Shown piece by piece: positions 9,285 through 18,966 of a stretch of DNA of 32,000 nucleotides. The stretch is from assembly GCF_018069705.1 (NCBI RefSeq), contig NZ_CP072943.1, positions 1,011,260-1,043,259 on the forward strand, given 5' to 3'. Within the stretch, counting starts at the first letter, position 1. Each line of letters opens with the position of its first letter. This stretch comes from Aminithiophilus ramosus (GTDB lineage Bacteria; Synergistota; Synergistia; Synergistales; Aminithiophilaceae). The translations under genes were made by a program, and so were the position numbers. The notes under the pieces were generated by a model, which was given only the letters and a program-made list of their open reading frames with translations, made no database searches and was not told the origin of the DNA.

Positions 9285-10136
9285 TTACAGGGATTGGATG
9301 AGACGGTCGAGCTTCCCGAGATCGACGGAGCGAGCGTAGAGAGGGCGGTCGTCGCCGTCATAGGGAGGGAGGGAGGTCTCGAAAGAGGGGCGCTCTCGGC
9401 GGAAGAGGACGCCCAGGGCGAACCGATCGGGTTCGAGGGCCCTCTCCAGGGCCTTCATGCGATCGGCCTCGTCGTGATCCCCGTCGAGATAGTAGACGCG
9501 CTCCTTGAACCAGGCGTAGGTGTTGACTTTGTTGAAGGAGACGCAGGGCTGGAGGATGTCGACGAGGGCGTAGCCCTTGAAGGAGAGGGCCTCCTTCATG
9601 ATCTCCTTCGTCCTGTCGATGTCTCCGGCGAAGGCCCGGGCCACGAAGGACGCCCCCTGGACAAGGGCCAGAGCGACGGGATTGACGGGCGTCGAGAAGA
9701 CGCCCTCGACCTGGACGGGCGTCTTGAAGCCCACCTGGCTCGTCGGCGAGGCCTGTCCCTTCGTGAGGCCGTAGACCATGTTGTTATGGACGAAGTTGGT
9801 GATATCGGGGTTGCGGCGGATCGTGTGGAGAAAGTGATTGCCTCCCTCGCCGTACATGTCGCCGTCTCCGCCGATGGCGATGACCTTCAGCGAGGGATTG
9901 GCGGCCTTGATGGCCGTGGCGTTGGAGAGGGCCCGGCCGTGGAGGCCGTTGAAGAAGTGTCCCTTGATGTAGTGAGGCAGTTTGGCCGCCTGGCCGATGC
10001 CGGAGACGAAGACGACCCTGTCGGGCGTCAGCTCCAGTTCGGCCAGAGCCCTCTTGAGCGATTCCAGGATGGGGAAATCGCCGCAGCCGGGACACCAGGA
10101 GATCTCGATATTTTCCAGATCGAAAACGTTGGCCAT
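9285..10136 (-). CDS. 2-oxoacid:ferredoxin oxidoreductase beta subunit (KorB-like, TPP-binding)
   Basis: [19 protein letters not shown]; [17 protein letters not shown]-binding motif; [16 protein letters not shown]. Confidence 0.92.
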   Translation of the reverse strand: MANVFDLENIEISWCPGCGDFPILESLKRALAELELTPDRVVFVSGIGQAAKLPHYIKGHFFNGLHGRALSNATAIKAANPSLKVIAIGGDGDMYGEGGNHFLHTIRRNPDITNFVHNNMVYGLTKGQASPTSQVGFKTPVQVEGVFSTPVNPVALALVQGASFVARAFAGDIDRTKEIMKEALSFKGYALVDILQPCVSFNKVNTYAWFKERVYYLDGDHDEADRMKALERALEPDRFALGVLFRRERPSFETSLPPYDGDDRPLYARSVDLGKLDRLIQSL

Positions 10137-10150
10137 CGTCGTGCCTCCCC

Positions 10151-11881
10151 TCAGCTCAAAAGGCCCTTGAGCCCGTCACGGACCTGCTCGACGGAGAACT
10201 GGAGCCCCGAGTAGTTGAGCAGGTGATCCCTCACCTCGATGCCCGTCGTCTGACGGATCAGTCTGGCCAGCTGCGCGGTGGCGTTCCCCTCGACGGAGAC
10301 GAGACGTCGGGCCCGACTCAGGAGGCCGGCCGTCGAAGGGTGGAGGGGCCAGACCTGGCCGAAGTGAGCCATGGCCAGACCGGGACGCCCCAGCTCGGCC
10401 AGGGCCTCTTCGACGATGAGCCGCGTCGATCCCCAGCAGAGGATGAGCGTGTCGTAGTCTTCGGGACCGACAAGCGTGGGCGCCACTGTCTCGGCCAGAA
10501 GGGCCTGAAACTTGCGCAGGCGCTTGTCGTTCATGCGCCGGCGAAGGTGGAAATCCTCGTAGACGTGGCCCACCTCATCGTGCTCGTGGCTGTCGGCACC
10601 GACGAGGCCGGGGCCGAAGCCGGGAACGGCCCGGGGCGAGATTCCGTCGGGGCTCTCCTCGTAGCGGCGATAACCGGTCCCGGCCGGAACGAGGTGTTTA
10701 TCGGGCAGACTCTCTCCGACATCGAAGGGAGGAAGGTCGTAGAAGGAATTGACAAAGTACTGGTCGGTGAGGACGATGGCCGGAGACTGGAGACGGGCGG
10801 CCAGGTCGAAGGCCCGCCGCGTCAGGGAAAAGGCCTCCTCGATCGTGCCCGGGGCGAAAAGCATGCGGGGAAACTCGCCATGGCCGCCATAGAGGGCCAG
10901 CTCGAGATCGGCCTGTTCCGTCCTCGTCGCCATGCCCGTCGCCGGACCGGGACGCTGGGCCAGGTGGATCACGATGGGAGCCTCCATGACTCCGGCCAGG
11001 CTGAGTCCCTCCGTCATGAGGGCAAAGCCGCCCCCCGAGGTGGTCACCAGAGGTCTCGCCCCGGCGTAGGCGCCGCCGACGGCCCAATTGACGGCGGCGA
11101 TCTCGTCCTCGACCTGTTCGACGACGAGACCGAAGTCGCGGGCCCTCTGGGCCATGAAGGAGAGGACACCTGCCGCCGGCGACATGGGATAGGCCGTGAC
11201 CATGTCGCAACCACCGGCCAGGGCCCCGATGCAGACGGCGTCGTTGCCGTTGACGGCGACGCGTTTCGCGCCTTTCCGGGGCTTGACGTCGATGGAGAAG
11301 CGCCCCTCTTTTCGGAGACCGGCGGCGAGGGCCAGCCCTCGGCTCAGGGCCTGACGGTTCTGTTCGACGACGGCGTCGCCCTTGGAACTGAAACGCCTGA
11401 CGAAGTAGTCCTCGACGGGCTCCGTCGAGACATCGAAAAGGCCAGCCAGAAGACCGGCGGCGACGACGCTGGCATAGACTTTCCCTCCGGCCTGGCGAGC
11501 CTCCGCCAGGAGGGGAGCGCTGACGAACTGCTCCTCGTAGCCGCCGAACTCCGAACCCAGCTCCGTTCCGTCACCGATGATGATCGTTTCTCCGTCGATG
11601 CGCTCTCGGATATTGGTCCTGACGGCACCGTCGAGGGGAATCAGAAGGTCGATTCGGTCGACGAGGGCCCGCACGGGCCTGGAGGAGACGCGGATTTCCG
11701 TCGAGTTGCTGCCGCCTCGGACGCGGGACATGTACTCCCGACTGCCGAAGACATGATACCCTTCACCACGAAGGACATGGACGAGCAGATCCTCCACCGT
11801 CTGAATGCCCTGCCCTGCGGCGCCACAGACGACAACGGAGACATCGCCGCCGTCGTTCCTTGGGAATCGGGTCATGGTCAA
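10151..11881 (-). CDS. 2-oxoacid:acceptor oxidoreductase alpha subunit with fused N-terminal gamma domain (KorA-like)
   Basis: [14 protein letters not shown]...[21 protein letters not shown] (gamma domain) followed by [25 protein letters not shown]...[20 protein letters not shown] (alpha domain). Confidence 0.92.
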   Translation of the reverse strand: MTMTRFPRNDGGDVSVVVCGAAGQGIQTVEDLLVHVLRGEGYHVFGSREYMSRVRGGSNSTEIRVSSRPVRALVDRIDLLIPLDGAVRTNIRERIDGETIIIGDGTELGSEFGGYEEQFVSAPLLAEARQAGGKVYASVVAAGLLAGLFDVSTEPVEDYFVRRFSSKGDAVVEQNRQALSRGLALAAGLRKEGRFSIDVKPRKGAKRVAVNGNDAVCIGALAGGCDMVTAYPMSPAAGVLSFMAQRARDFGLVVEQVEDEIAAVNWAVGGAYAGARPLVTTSGGGFALMTEGLSLAGVMEAPIVIHLAQRPGPATGMATRTEQADLELALYGGHGEFPRMLFAPGTIEEAFSLTRRAFDLAARLQSPAIVLTDQYFVNSFYDLPPFDVGESLPDKHLVPAGTGYRRYEESPDGISPRAVPGFGPGLVGADSHEHDEVGHVYEDFHLRRRMNDKRLRKFQALLAETVAPTLVGPEDYDTLILCWGSTRLIVEEALAELGRPGLAMAHFGQVWPLHPSTAGLLSRARRLVSVEGNATAQLARLIRQTTGIEVRDHLLNYSGLQFSVEQVRDGLKGLLS

Positions 11882-11942
11882 CCTCCTCGATGAAAAAAGT
11901 TAAGATCCCTTCCCCCACGGCAGAATCATAGCACAGAGCGGC

Positions 11943-11964
11943 TGGAGCCGACAGGGCTCGAACC
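11943..11964 (-). other. Possible tRNA 3'-end fragment (TTCGAGC loop plus acceptor-like tail)
   Basis: Minus strand GGTTCGAGCCCTGTCGGCTCCA resembles a T-loop/acceptor 3' half, but no matching 5' half was found. Confidence 0.25.
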
Positions 11965-12083
11965 GCAAAAACAAAAATCATACCAGTTTGCGGAGTCCAA
12001 AAAGAAAGCTACAATGGGCAAAGGACGCCCCCCTCGCCGAAAGAGGGACCGGTCCTTCAGGGACACAAAAAAGGAGAGAGACT

Positions 12084-12893
12084 ATGGACTTCATCGCCCA
12101 GCTCCACCCGACCCTACAGGCCCTTCTGGGCACCCTCTTCACCTGGGCCATGACGGCACTGGGAGCGGCAACGGTCTTTCTGCGCCGCGACCCGAGCCAG
12201 AAGCTCCTCGACGTCATGCTGGGCTTCGCCGCCGGCGTCATGATCGCCGCCAGCTACTGGTCCCTTCTGGCTCCGGCCATTGAAATGTCGGAGGAGATGG
12301 GCTTCATACCCTGGCTCCCCTCCGCCCTGGGCTTTCTCGCCGGAGGGGCCGCTCTGAGGCTCCTCGATCTCGTCGTCCCCCATCTTCACATCGGCCTGCC
12401 CCGCTCGGAGGCCGAAGGCATCCCCACGGACTGGCGGCGTTCGACGCTTCTCGTTTTGGCCATCACCCTCCACAACATCCCGGAAGGCATGGCCGTCGGC
12501 GTCGCCTTCGGCGCCGTCGCCTCAGGCATTCCATCGGCCTCTCTGGCCGGGGCGGTGGCCCTGGCCCTGGGCATCGGCATCCAGAACTTCCCCGAGGGAA
12601 TGGCCGTCTCCATGCCTCTCCGCCGCGACGGACTCAGGGCGGGCAGGAGCTTCTGGTACGGCCAGCTGTCGGGTATCGTCGAACCCCTCGCCGCCGTCAT
12701 CGGCGCCGCCCTGGTCACCCTCTCCCGTCCCATCCTCCCCTTTGCCCTGGCCTTCGCCGCCGGGGCCATGATCTACGTCGTCGTCGAGGAGGTCATCCCC
12801 GAGTCGCAGCAGAAGGGGAACAGCGATCTGGCCACCCTGGGCGTCATGGTGGGCTTCACGATGATGATGATCCTCGACGTCGCCCTGGGCTAG
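12084..12893 (+). CDS. ZIP family metal transporter
   Basis: [17 protein letters not shown] and [21 protein letters not shown], the histidine/glutamate ZIP signatures. Start refined to ATG 12084, behind AGGAGAG. Confidence 0.92.
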   Translation: MDFIAQLHPTLQALLGTLFTWAMTALGAATVFLRRDPSQKLLDVMLGFAAGVMIAASYWSLLAPAIEMSEEMGFIPWLPSALGFLAGGAALRLLDLVVPHLHIGLPRSEAEGIPTDWRRSTLLVLAITLHNIPEGMAVGVAFGAVASGIPSASLAGAVALALGIGIQNFPEGMAVSMPLRRDGLRAGRSFWYGQLSGIVEPLAAVIGAALVTLSRPILPFALAFAAGAMIYVVVEEVIPESQQKGNSDLATLGVMVGFTMMMILDVALG

Positions 12894-12953
12894 CTCCTCT
12901 TCCGGTTTCGCCTGAGGGACCAGGAGAGGTTCCTTTCGGCCCGAAAGAAAAAA

Positions 12954-12980
12954 GGGGAGCCGGGACGCCCCGGACTCCCC
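12954..12980. terminator. Bidirectional rho-independent terminator
   Basis: aaaaaaGGGGAGCCGGGACGCCCCGGACTCCCCttttt between convergent ZIP and HMA genes. Confidence 0.85.
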
Positions 12981-13000
12981 TTTTTCATGGTCTCCCTTCG

Positions 13001-13210
13001 TCAGATCGGCCCTTCCTTGACGGAGGCGGGATAACCGGCATCGTCGAGGGCGCCGAGAAGGGCGTCGAGGGCCTCCGTCTCGACGTCGACGGTCTTGTCG
13101 TCCAGAAGGACCTTGAACGTCGGCAGTCCCTCTTTCTCCAGCGTTTTCGTGATTCGGGCCACGCAGTGATGGCAGGCCATGTCGGGAACGCTCAGAACGT
13201 AGCGGCTCAA
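13001..13210 (-). CDS. Heavy-metal-associated (HMA) domain protein, copper-chaperone-like
   Basis: 69 aa; VPDMACHHCVARITKTL contains the MxCxxC metal-binding motif. Confidence 0.85.
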   Translation of the reverse strand: MSRYVLSVPDMACHHCVARITKTLEKEGLPTFKVLLDDKTVDVETEALDALLGALDDAGYPASVKEGPI

Positions 13211-13360
13211 AGGTCACAACACTCCTTTCGCATCTACCTGGAAATCGCCTTTTTCCCCATTATCGCACAGGCAGGGAGAGAAAGAGTGAAAGGCATTCGG
13301 AATGCCGCCGGCGGACAGGCAGAGGAAAGGTCCCTAACGTGGCGAGATCCCCACGGCGAG

Positions 13361-14242
13361 TCAGCAGCCGGATGGCTCGAAGCGATAGCGCCGGGCCCTT
13401 TCGGCGTAGAGGTCAGATCTGACGATGGGGGCGAAGTCGTCGAAGGAGGGGGACGGAACCGTTCCCGTCCGCCCCGTGGCCACGATGGCATCGAGGGCCT
13501 CCTTCATCCCCCGGACGGCGCCGTAGAGGGCGCTGAGGGCGAAGACGACATACTTGAAACCCATCTCCTGGGCCTCACTCAGCGAGAGGAGAGGGGTCTT
13601 GCCTCCCTCGATGAGGTTCAGCATGAGAGGCGCCCGGATCGCGTCGACGACGCGCTCCATCTCCTCCCTCGTTCTCAGGGCCTCGACGAAGATGACGTCG
13701 GCCCCGACGTCGAGGGCGTCGCGGGCCCGGTCGAGGGCGCTGTCCAGCCCCTCGACGGCCAGGGCGTCGGTGCGGAAGATGATGACGAAGTCACGATCCT
13801 CTCCGTCGCGGGCGTCGACGGCAGCCCGAAGCTTGCTCCGCATCTCCTCCCGGCTGACGACACGTTTGCCCTCCATGTGGCCGCAGCGTTTGGGCCACTG
13901 CTGATCCTCGATGAAGGTCCCCGAAGCCCCCGTCCAGACATATTCCTGGACGGTACGGTAGACGTTGAGGGCATTGCCGTAGCCCGTGTCGGCGTCGCCC
14001 AGGACGGGAATGGAGACGGAACGGGCGATGTTTTTGACCTGGCGGCACATCTCGCTGAAATCGACGAGGCCGATGTCGGGAGCGCCGAGAAGGGCCGCCG
14101 CCGTTCCGTAACCGGAGTGGTGAACGGCATCGAATCCGGCCAGCTCGGCCATGCGGGCGCTGAGGGCATCGTAGACTCCGGCCGAGAGGATCGCCCCGGG
14201 ACGGGCAAGCTGACGCCGGAAGAGGGTGCTTTTTCGTTCCAT
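13361..14242 (-). CDS. Isocitrate lyase/PEP mutase superfamily lyase (methylisocitrate or dimethylmalate lyase-like)
   Basis: GDADTGYGNALNVYRTVQEY, FIEDQQWPKRCGHMEGKRVVS, IIFRTDAL. Confidence 0.88.
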   Translation of the reverse strand: MERKSTLFRRQLARPGAILSAGVYDALSARMAELAGFDAVHHSGYGTAAALLGAPDIGLVDFSEMCRQVKNIARSVSIPVLGDADTGYGNALNVYRTVQEYVWTGASGTFIEDQQWPKRCGHMEGKRVVSREEMRSKLRAAVDARDGEDRDFVIIFRTDALAVEGLDSALDRARDALDVGADVIFVEALRTREEMERVVDAIRAPLMLNLIEGGKTPLLSLSEAQEMGFKYVVFALSALYGAVRGMKEALDAIVATGRTGTVPSPSFDDFAPIVRSDLYAERARRYRFEPSGC

Positions 14243-14263
14243 GGCTTGAGGGCCTCCTTTTTC

Positions 14264-15547
14264 CTATCCTTTCATGGCAGCGGGCAGCCAGAGGCTGAGC
14301 TGGGGAAAGGCGACGACGATGACGAGCATGACGACCATGATGAGGAGGAAGGGAAGGACGCCGTTGATGATGTCGGCCATCCGGGCCTCTTTGCTGATGC
14401 CGCTGATGACGTAGAGGTTGACGCCGACGGGAGGCGTGATGAGGGCCATCTCCATGTTGACGGTGACGATGACGGCGTACCAGATGGGGTCGATGCCCAG
14501 CAGCCCCAGCAGAGGAGCGACGAGGGGCATGGTGAGAAGGATGATGGAGACCGTCTCGAGGACACAGCCCAGGAGGAGCATGACGACGTTCATGGCCAGG
14601 ATGAAGGCCAGGGGAGAGAGGTTGGCGGCGACGACGGAGTGGGTCAGGGCCTGGGGAATTTCGAGGAGCGTCATCACCTTGCCGAAGAGAAGGGCTCCGG
14701 CCATGATCATGGCGATCATGCAGGAGGTGCCCACGGAGCGAAGGCAGACTCCGGGAATATCCCTCAGACGGAGAGTCCTGTAGACGATGAGAGTCACGGC
14801 GAGGCTGTAGACGAGCCCCACGGCGGCGGCCTCGGTGGGCGTGAAGGCCCCCGTGTAGATGCCGCCCAGGATCAGCAGAGGAAGGACGATGCCCCAGATA
14901 TTCTGGCGGGTCACGCGCCACCGTTCCTCCCAGGAGGCCCTCTCCATGGGGCGGAAGCCGCCGCGCCTGCTTTTCCAGACGGCATAGGCCATGAAAAGCC
15001 CCGTCAGAACCAGTCCGGGGACGACGCCGGCCATGAAGAGGCGCCCCACCGACTCCTCCGTGACGGCCCCGTAAAGGATCATGGGAATGCTGGGCGGGAT
15101 GAGGATGCCCAAGGTCCCCCCTGCGGCGATGAGGCCGTAGACGAATCGGCGCTCGTAGCCCCTTTCCAGCAGGGCCGGGAGGGCCACGAGGCCCACCGTC
15201 GCCGCCGTCGCCGCGCTCGATCCTGTGATGGCGGCGAAGAAGGCGCAGCTGAGGATGGTGGCGATGGCCAGCCCTCCCGGGAGATGGCGGACCCAGACGT
15301 TCATGGCCTCGAAAAGACCGTCGCCGACCTTTCCCTCGAGAAGGATCTGGCTCATGAGAATGAAAAGCGGCACGGCGAGGAGGACGAAACTGTCCAGAGA
15401 CGAAAAAAGGGTATGGCCGATGATGCCCGCCGGCAGGTCCTGGAGCCAGATAAGCAGGGCCGACGTGGAACCGAGGGAGAAAGCCACGGGCAGGCCGGCG
15501 AAGAGAATGGTCAGAAGCAGGGCTCCCACGGCGACGAGACTCAGCAT
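14264..15547 (-). CDS. dctM: TRAP transporter large permease (DctM)
   Basis: MLSLVAVGALLLTILFAGLPVAFSLG...; ITGSSAATAATVG; IPPSIPMILYGAVTEESVGRLFMAG. Start refined to 15547; overlaps the dctQ end by 7 nt. Confidence 0.93.
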   Translation of the reverse strand: MLSLVAVGALLLTILFAGLPVAFSLGSTSALLIWLQDLPAGIIGHTLFSSLDSFVLLAVPLFILMSQILLEGKVGDGLFEAMNVWVRHLPGGLAIATILSCAFFAAITGSSAATAATVGLVALPALLERGYERRFVYGLIAAGGTLGILIPPSIPMILYGAVTEESVGRLFMAGVVPGLVLTGLFMAYAVWKSRRGGFRPMERASWEERWRVTRQNIWGIVLPLLILGGIYTGAFTPTEAAAVGLVYSLAVTLIVYRTLRLRDIPGVCLRSVGTSCMIAMIMAGALLFGKVMTLLEIPQALTHSVVAANLSPLAFILAMNVVMLLLGCVLETVSIILLTMPLVAPLLGLLGIDPIWYAVIVTVNMEMALITPPVGVNLYVISGISKEARMADIINGVLPFLLIMVVMLVIVVAFPQLSLWLPAAMKG

Positions 15548-16050
15548 GAGGCTCCCTCCTTCTTCATGCTTTCGACGAAGTGCGCCGTCGTCATGAGGGC
15601 GAACTGAACCGTCAGAAGGGCAAAACCCAGCAGAAGAGCCGACAGGGGAATGACGAGGGGAACGCCGAGAGGCGTCGGCGAATGTTTCTTGAAAAGAAGG
15701 GCCTTGGCGACCATGTCCCAGGCCTGGAGGACCACGACGGAACAGAAAAGAGTCCCGCCCAGGGAGGTCACAGCGGCCACGAAGGCCCGAAGGCGCCGAG
15801 GAAGACGGGTCACGACGAGATCGATGTGGACGTGACGCCCCTCCTGAAGGGCATAGGCCGATCCGGCCAACATGATCCAGATGAACAGGTAGGTGGCCGT
15901 CTCTCCCGCCCAGAGCGTCGGGGCGTTGAAGACATAGCGGGCGATGACCTCCCAGAAGAGGATGAATCCCATGAGAAGAATGCCCAGGCCGCTTGCGTAA
16001 CCGAAGAAGCGATTCACTCCCTCGACCGTTTTTCTGATCGTCTTTATCAT
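15541..16050 (-). CDS. dctQ: TRAP transporter small permease (DctQ)
   Basis: WEVIARYVFNAPTLWAGETATYLFIWIMLAGSAYALQEGRHVHIDLV. Confidence 0.92.
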   Translation of the reverse strand: MIKTIRKTVEGVNRFFGYASGLGILLMGFILFWEVIARYVFNAPTLWAGETATYLFIWIMLAGSAYALQEGRHVHIDLVVTRLPRRLRAFVAAVTSLGGTLFCSVVVLQAWDMVAKALLFKKHSPTPLGVPLVIPLSALLLGFALLTVQFALMTTAHFVESMKKEGASC

Positions 16051-16236
16051 TGTCTACCTCCATCAAAGCCCGTCCGGATCCGCCGAAAGAGAACCCCGGA
16101 AAACTTCTTCCGGCTTCACCCTCCGCGACCGGCCGGGGCCTTTTTCGGAGCTGCCCCGGAAAGAAGGGCCTCACCTGTCTCAAGAGAGCGTTCTTTGAGA
16201 TCGGGCCCTTTCGGGGCGGCGGCGTATCTCCATAAA

Positions 16237-16275
16237 GGCGTCCGCCCCGTCTCGACAGAGCCTGGGGCGGACGCC
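16237..16275 (-). terminator. Intercistronic stem-loop between dctP and dctQ
   Basis: Perfect 12-bp stem GGCGTCCGCCCC/GGGGCGGACGCC with a 15-nt loop; followed on the minus strand by only TTTATGG. Confidence 0.6.
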
Positions 16276-16296
16276 GCGTCTGAAAGGTACCGGCCC

Positions 16297-17304
16297 TTAC
16301 TGGGCCAGGGCGGCCAGTTCCATCAGCCGCCGGCCCAGCTCTCCGCTTTCAGCGATGAAGCCGTCGCGGACCGAAGATGTGGCCTCGACGAAGGCCTGGC
16401 GCTGAGCGGCGTCGAGCTCGACGATTTCCACGCCCTTTTCCTTGAGGGCCGTCAGGGCCTCCGCCTCGGAACGGGCCATCTCGGCCCTGATCCAGGAGGC
16501 CGCATCCTTGCCGGCACGCTCGAGGACATCGCGCGTCGAGTCGGAAAGCCCCTCCCACCACTTGAGGTTGGACTGAAGGGCGAACTGGGCCGCCGAGTAG
16601 TTGCAGACGGTCATATACTTCTGAACCTCGTAGAGCTTGCGCGAGTAGGCGGCGGGAGCGCCCGTCGTCGAGCCGTCGACGGTGCCCCTCTGAAGGGCCA
16701 TGTACATCTCCGTCGAGCTCAAAGCCGACGGCGTGCCTCCAAGAGCCAGCACGGCATCGGCCGTTCCCGTGCTGAAGGTGCGGATCTTGAGGCCCTTGAA
16801 ATCGGCAGGGGCAAGGAGGGGGCGCTTGCTGTTGAGGAACTGGACGAAACCGTAATCCATCCAGAAGACGACCTTGCACCCCTTTTCGTTGAAGGCGCCG
16901 TCAAGCAGGGTTCCCGCCTCGGAATCGAGGAAGCGCTCGATGGAGGCCAGGTCGGCGAAGACGAAGGGAACGCCGAAGATGTCGGCGGCGGGAATCATGC
17001 CCGACCACTGGTTGACGGGGACGAGGCCCATCTCGACCAAGCCCTGCTGAAGGGCCTCGACGATCTCCGTGTCCTTGAAGAGCTGGGCCGAATGGAAGAG
17101 TTTGATCTCCACGTCACCGCCGGAGTACTCCTTCACCTTGGCGGCGAAGACCTCGGCCGCCTCGGAGAGGAAGTGGGAGGGGGGAAGCTGATTGGAAAGG
17201 CGGAAGGACTCGGCCGCCGAGGCGGCGAAAACCGCCGACAGGACCAGGGTCACCGCAAGAAGAAGGACGGAAAGGGCTCTTTTTTCTCTTTTCACGAAAA
17301 TCAT
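16297..17304 (-). CDS. dctP: TRAP transporter substrate-binding protein (DctP)
   Basis: Signal peptide, SNQLPPSHFLSEAAEVFAAKVKEYSGGDVEIKLF, FKGLKIRTFSTGTADAVLALGGTPSALSSTEMYMALQRGTVDG. Start refined to 17304. Confidence 0.92.
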   Translation of the reverse strand: MIFVKREKRALSVLLLAVTLVLSAVFAASAAESFRLSNQLPPSHFLSEAAEVFAAKVKEYSGGDVEIKLFHSAQLFKDTEIVEALQQGLVEMGLVPVNQWSGMIPAADIFGVPFVFADLASIERFLDSEAGTLLDGAFNEKGCKVVFWMDYGFVQFLNSKRPLLAPADFKGLKIRTFSTGTADAVLALGGTPSALSSTEMYMALQRGTVDGSTTGAPAAYSRKLYEVQKYMTVCNYSAAQFALQSNLKWWEGLSDSTRDVLERAGKDAASWIRAEMARSEAEALTALKEKGVEIVELDAAQRQAFVEATSSVRDGFIAESGELGRRLMELAALAQ

Positions 17305-17332
17305 CTCCTCGAAAAAATAAAAAGCAAAAAGC

Positions 17333-18451
17333 TTATAGATGAGAGGCGACGGCGTCGCCGACGGCCGATGTCGTGCCCCGTCCGCCCATCTCCTCGGGGA
17401 GCTCGTCGGGACGTGCTCCGGCCAAAAAGGCTCCCACGGCCGCCTCGACGGAGCGGGCCGCCTCCTTCTCGCCGAGACAATCCAGCATGAGAGCCGCCGA
17501 AAGGATGGCCGCCAGGGGATTGGCCCGATTCTGGCGGGCGATGTCGGGGGCCGATCCGTGGACGGGCTCGAACATGCCCAGTCCGGCCCCGATGTTGGCT
17601 CCGGCGGCGACGCCCAGGCCGCCGCTGAGGGCCGCCAAAAGATCGCTGACGATGTCGCCGAACATGTTGGGACAGAGGACGACGTTCCACTTCCAGGGCG
17701 TGCGCACCAGATGGTAGCAGAGGGCATCGACGTTGATCGTCTCGAAGGTCAGGCCTCGTTTCTCCGTCTCGTCGCGGGCCATCTCCTCCCAGAAGCCGTA
17801 GAGCTGAGGCATGGCGTTGGCCTTCGTCGCCAAGGTAAGGCGCTTTTCGCCCCGGCCCAGGGCGCGTTCGCAGGCATCGGCCGTGATGCGCCGCACGGCC
17901 CCCTCCGTGGCGAGGCCGACCTGGAAGGCCGACCTCTGCGGCGTGGAAAAACGGACCCGCATCTCGCCCTCCATCGTGTAGAGGCCCCGCTCGAGGCCGA
18001 GGTCGACGGGCGATCCGCCGTCGCCGCCAAGGCCCACGTAGAAGTCCTCCGTGTTCTCGCGGACGACGAGAAGGTCCATCTCCCTGCCCTCCGGCAGGGG
18101 GACGGGAAGGGGGACGCGGGGGAAGGCCTTGGCCGGCCGGAGGTTGACGAACATGTCGAAGAAGAACCGGAGCTTCAGGAGAATGCCCCGCTCCAGGATG
18201 CCCGCCTTGACGCGGGGATCGCCGATGGCCCCGAGAAGAAGGGCCTGGCAGGACTGGAGTTCGTCCAGAACCGATTCGGGCAGAATCTCACCCGTCTTCA
18301 GGTAATGCTCGGCACCGAAGGGATAGTCGACCCAGGAGAGGCCGAATCCCTTGGCCGAGGCGACGGCCTCGACGACCTTGCGGGCCTCGGCGACGACTTC
18401 GGGACCGATGCCGTCGCCGGCCATCTGGGCGATGCGGTAGGAGCGGCTCAT
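17333..18451 (-). CDS. Isocitrate/isopropylmalate dehydrogenase family protein (non-canonical LeuB-like)
   Basis: QMAGDGIGPEVV, LLVVRENTEDFYVGLGG, NMFGDIVSDLLAALSGGLGVAAGANIG, FEPVHGSAPDIA. Confidence 0.9.
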   Translation of the reverse strand: MSRSYRIAQMAGDGIGPEVVAEARKVVEAVASAKGFGLSWVDYPFGAEHYLKTGEILPESVLDELQSCQALLLGAIGDPRVKAGILERGILLKLRFFFDMFVNLRPAKAFPRVPLPVPLPEGREMDLLVVRENTEDFYVGLGGDGGSPVDLGLERGLYTMEGEMRVRFSTPQRSAFQVGLATEGAVRRITADACERALGRGEKRLTLATKANAMPQLYGFWEEMARDETEKRGLTFETINVDALCYHLVRTPWKWNVVLCPNMFGDIVSDLLAALSGGLGVAAGANIGAGLGMFEPVHGSAPDIARQNRANPLAAILSAALMLDCLGEKEAARSVEAAVGAFLAGARPDELPEEMGGRGTTSAVGDAVASHL

Positions 18452-18966
18452 CGTCTGGCCTCCTCTTTCTTCTTCTCCTCCAGACGGCGGCGGACGAAGG
18501 GGGCGAGACCTCCCGCCTCGACCAGCTCCTGGAGAGAGGGGGGAAAGGGCGCCACGGAGAAGGTGACGGCCTTCGTTCTGTTCTGCACCGTCCCCGCCCG
18601 GGCGTCGACGACGACGACATCTCCTTCCTCGATGGAGGCCGCCGCCTCGGGCGAGACGACGATGGGCAGCCCCACGTTGAGGGCGTTGCGGAAGAAGATG
18701 CGGGCGAAGGAGGAGGCGATGACGCAGGAGATCCCCGCCCCCTTGATGGCCAGGGGGGCATGTTCGCGGCTGGAGCCGCAGCCGAAATTCTCGCCTCCGA
18801 CGATGACGTCGCCTGAGGCGATCTTGTTGACGAAGTCGGCGTCGGCATCTTCCATGCAGTGCTTGCCCAACTCGACGGCGTTGTCGGTGACGAGATAGCG
18901 GGCGGGGATGATCACGTCCGTGTCGATGTCATCGCCGAAGCGCCAGGCCCGGCCCTCAATGTTCAT
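18448..18966 (-). CDS. Isopropylmalate dehydratase-family small subunit (LeuD-like)
   Basis: FGDDIDTDVIIPARYL, GGENFGCGSSREHAPLAIKGAGISCVIASSFARIFFRNALNVGLP. Confidence 0.93.
   Translation of the reverse strand: MNIEGRAWRFGDDIDTDVIIPARYLVTDNAVELGKHCMEDADADFVNKIASGDVIVGGENFGCGSSREHAPLAIKGAGISCVIASSFARIFFRNALNVGLPIVVSPEAAASIEEGDVVVVDARAGTVQNRTKAVTFSVAPFPPSLQELVEAGGLAPFVRRRLEEKKKEEARR

Noticed and set aside
11988-12083. N-terminal extension of the ZIP transporter ORF ([32 protein letters not shown])
   Set aside because: ATG 12084 has a good Shine-Dalgarno and begins directly before the first hydrophobic segment.
15548-16183. N-terminal 200+ aa of the 639-aa ORF containing dctM
   Set aside because: Overlaps dctQ in another frame; MLSLVAVGALLLTILFAGLP at 15547 is the expected DctM start.
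13166-17490. 813-aa (13166..15607) and 636-aa (15580..17490) plus-strand ORFs
   Set aside because: Antisense to the lyase and TRAP transporter genes; low-complexity Gly/Asp/Glu/His-rich composition typical of shadow ORFs.
17305-17727. N-terminal extension of the dctP ORF
   Set aside because: Runs antiframe through the LeuB-like gene; the true start MIFVKREKRALSVLLLAV is a signal peptide at 17304.
17339-18898. 519-aa plus-strand ORF
   Set aside because: Shadow of the LeuB-like and LeuD-like genes, no recognisable domain.
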